Part shown: piece after piece, positions 62,149-64,000 of the stretch
Layout: every line of letters starts with the position of its first letter
How positions within the stretch are numbered: the stretch's first letter is position 1
DNA from: an uncultured virus (IMG/VR IMGVR_UViG_3300041964_000150)
Lineage: Duplodnaviria > Heunggongvirae > Uroviricota > Caudoviricetes
DNA: 64,000 bases
Reading direction: 5' to 3' (one strand)
IMG/VR virus record: IMGVR_UViG_3300041964_000150
Made by a program: the position numbers and the translations under genes
Notes under the pieces: generated by a model
The model's input: only the letters and a program-made list of their open reading frames with translations
What the model was told of the DNA's origin: nothing
The model's database searches: none

Positions 62149-63672
62149 ATGACTAATAATTTGCGTGGTGGTATTTTCCCCGATAAAATCTTTAACCTGC
62201 TAACTCAGGAGTTTGCAACCTGGGAAGAAGCGATCGCCGCTTCAGGTCACGACAGCGTTCGAGTTAGCTGGGCAATCCTGCCGCCTGTACCGATGGGTAG
62301 GCTCAACCCTGCATCTGCATACCCAGTTCGAGTAGCAACGCCGCAGAAACACTCAGCCGTTGTTGTGTTCAATGGCGAGTGTTATTACTGGCAACCGACC
62401 GCTGAGCGCGATCGCGAGGTGTTGGCGCAACTGGTAGCAGAGAAATTAGCCGAACGCGATCGCCTGATTCGATCGAGAAATGCAGTCCATCGCAGCATTA
62501 ATGTTCTGACGGCGATAAGAGGTGATGAGTCATGGATCGAGCCTGAGCAGTGCAATCTTCACAACTTCCAGCAGGCTTATGCCGCAATGAGTGACGATGC
62601 TTTGATCGCCGCAGCCGAGCGCGATCAACTGGCGCGGCTCTCAGCAACTCCCCCAGTGCTGTTGATTGCGGGGAGAGCAGCATTCGCATCTCACTGGAAG
62701 CGGCTACATCCCGAAGTTGCCCGACACTGCCGCTATGTTTCAGATCCAAACCAGCTTCGCGGCCTGCGGCGTGATGCGATTCTTATCAGAATGAATCTGC
62801 ACGAACAGAATCCGCTTTATCAATCTGGGTTACTCCATCGGTTTATGCCGATCGAGCAGTCCCCGATCGTTGAATACGATGAGCGCATTCCGGCTGTTGA
62901 AGCATGGCTCACCAACATCCTGCGACAGCAACAGCCAGCACACGATCGCCGCATTACTCAACGGGAATGGAGGCACGATCGCCCTGCTGAGGTTACTTTT
63001 GCTTGGTGGGATGAGGCCGAAACTGATGTAATGCGCCCTTCTCCAGAACAGCTCGAAGCGTCTTTAGAAGAACTCGATCGACTGTGCAGCAGTACGATCG
63101 CGCTTATAGTAGACGGTCGAAGGACACCAGAGGGTCAAGCCTTGAACAACTTGACGCACCACCTGCGCACGTTTGGAGATCCACAAACCGCAGAATTTGC
63201 GATCGCCCTGCATGAGAAGTTTCGCAAAATCCAGATCATGACGCCTGCCGAATATCGGCAAATTAAGTGTGAAGCCTTTGCTGAGATGGAAGAATTAGCG
63301 GCAGAGATATCTGAGTTATCACCTGAGAGTGCGCGAGCTTCGCTGCCATCGCCAGGGCGAATGGTTCGATCGCAGGTTGTTGATCCGCCTGGGCTGACGA
63401 TCGAGAATGCGGTCACCTCATATCTGCCTGAGTTCTGCCGCCGCTACAAGCCGTCGATCTGCTGCAAGGCCGCTTATGTGTTTATGCGACTTGAGTATGA
63501 TTGCTATTTCACCTGCGGCGATTTCCATGCAGTTCACTACCTGCGTGAGAGCGAATTAGAGGCCGCACGTTCTAGGGGCGCACTGCTCTGGCACCTGATT
63601 GAGGTAGTCGAGCAGGCAGCACAACAGCTCGCCTCAATGCAGAATCCGCAGTCAGGGAATACTGAGGGCTAA
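62149..63672 (+). CDS. Hypothetical protein
   Basis: 507-aa ORF, no recognised motif. Confidence 0.6.
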   Translation: MTNNLRGGIFPDKIFNLLTQEFATWEEAIAASGHDSVRVSWAILPPVPMGRLNPASAYPVRVATPQKHSAVVVFNGECYYWQPTAERDREVLAQLVAEKLAERDRLIRSRNAVHRSINVLTAIRGDESWIEPEQCNLHNFQQAYAAMSDDALIAAAERDQLARLSATPPVLLIAGRAAFASHWKRLHPEVARHCRYVSDPNQLRGLRRDAILIRMNLHEQNPLYQSGLLHRFMPIEQSPIVEYDERIPAVEAWLTNILRQQQPAHDRRITQREWRHDRPAEVTFAWWDEAETDVMRPSPEQLEASLEELDRLCSSTIALIVDGRRTPEGQALNNLTHHLRTFGDPQTAEFAIALHEKFRKIQIMTPAEYRQIKCEAFAEMEELAAEISELSPESARASLPSPGRMVRSQVVDPPGLTIENAVTSYLPEFCRRYKPSICCKAAYVFMRLEYDCYFTCGDFHAVHYLRESELEAARSRGALLWHLIEVVEQAAQQLASMQNPQSGNTEG

Positions 63673-63691
63673 GCCTTTACCCCTCAGAACA

Positions 63692-64000
63692 ATGCCTACG
63701 CTCGCTCAGTTACGCAGACGCCATCCTGAACACAAAGCCGACTTAGATCACTGGCAGTTATTGACCTCGATCGTTCAGGGTGGCCGCAGTATGGACGAGG
63801 CGGCCAAGCAAAAGCTGCTGCCCAATCCAGACGGGCGACCGATGGAGGTTGTAAAAGAGCGGGTAAAGCTGGCGACCTATACCAATAAAATTGGTCCGAT
63901 CCTCACCCGCTTCAACTCGCAGCTATTCTCGCAGCCGCCGACCTTTAGCGGTTCAGACAAGCCATTTTGGGAAGTGTTTCGCAACGGTGGGGCGCTGCTG
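63692..64000 (+). CDS. Portal protein, 5' part (runs off the window)
   Basis: MPTLAQLRRRHPEH...W......QGG...LLP....E..KER...ATYTN is typical of portal N-termini; open to the window end. Confidence 0.7.
   Translation, partial: MPTLAQLRRRHPEHKADLDHWQLLTSIVQGGRSMDEAAKQKLLPNPDGRPMEVVKERVKLATYTNKIGPILTRFNSQLFSQPPTFSGSDKPFWEVFRNGGALL

Noticed and set aside
1..64000. GCGATCGC over-representation as a novelty
   Set aside because: This is the known cyanobacterial HIP1 palindrome; it is useful only as a host indicator.
1..64000. tRNA, rRNA or IS transposase genes
   Set aside because: None recognised by eye; a tRNAscan/Infernal run would be needed to exclude them.

Overview
64 kb of a large temperate cyanobacterial phage or phage-plasmid. 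The dense GCGATCGC (HIP1) content points to a cyanobacterial host. Left to right: (1) HU and a ribbon-helix-helix regulator. (2) A 6.2 kb 'leading-region-like' array of small gene cassettes (SWIM protein, ArdC-like protein, unknowns), each preceded by a repeated hairpin plus double-operator promoter unit, ending in a beta-clamp-like/ASCH-like fusion gene. (3) A minus-strand block with a terminase small subunit, two ParB-like paralogues, a basic HPR-motif protein, a radical SAM enzyme and an H1-like protein. (4) A distal tail/fibre block. (5) A tyrosine recombinase, a sensorless histidine kinase, RusA and a membrane/P-loop ATPase cluster. (6) A lysogeny/replication module (two XRE switches, Rad52-like annealase, ASCH, KilA-N, AlkB, DndC-like PAPS reductase). 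(7) Tape measure, tail tube, fibres, major capsid, scaffold and the start of a divergently oriented portal. A GGGnAnnCT motif resembling cyanobacterial SigF/SigJ promoters precedes most late transcription units. An 11-mer (GCCCCTAGAAC) occurs at least 19 times. Many genes carry single-base frameshifts, most likely sequencing errors. All family calls come from motif recognition by eye, not from database searches.
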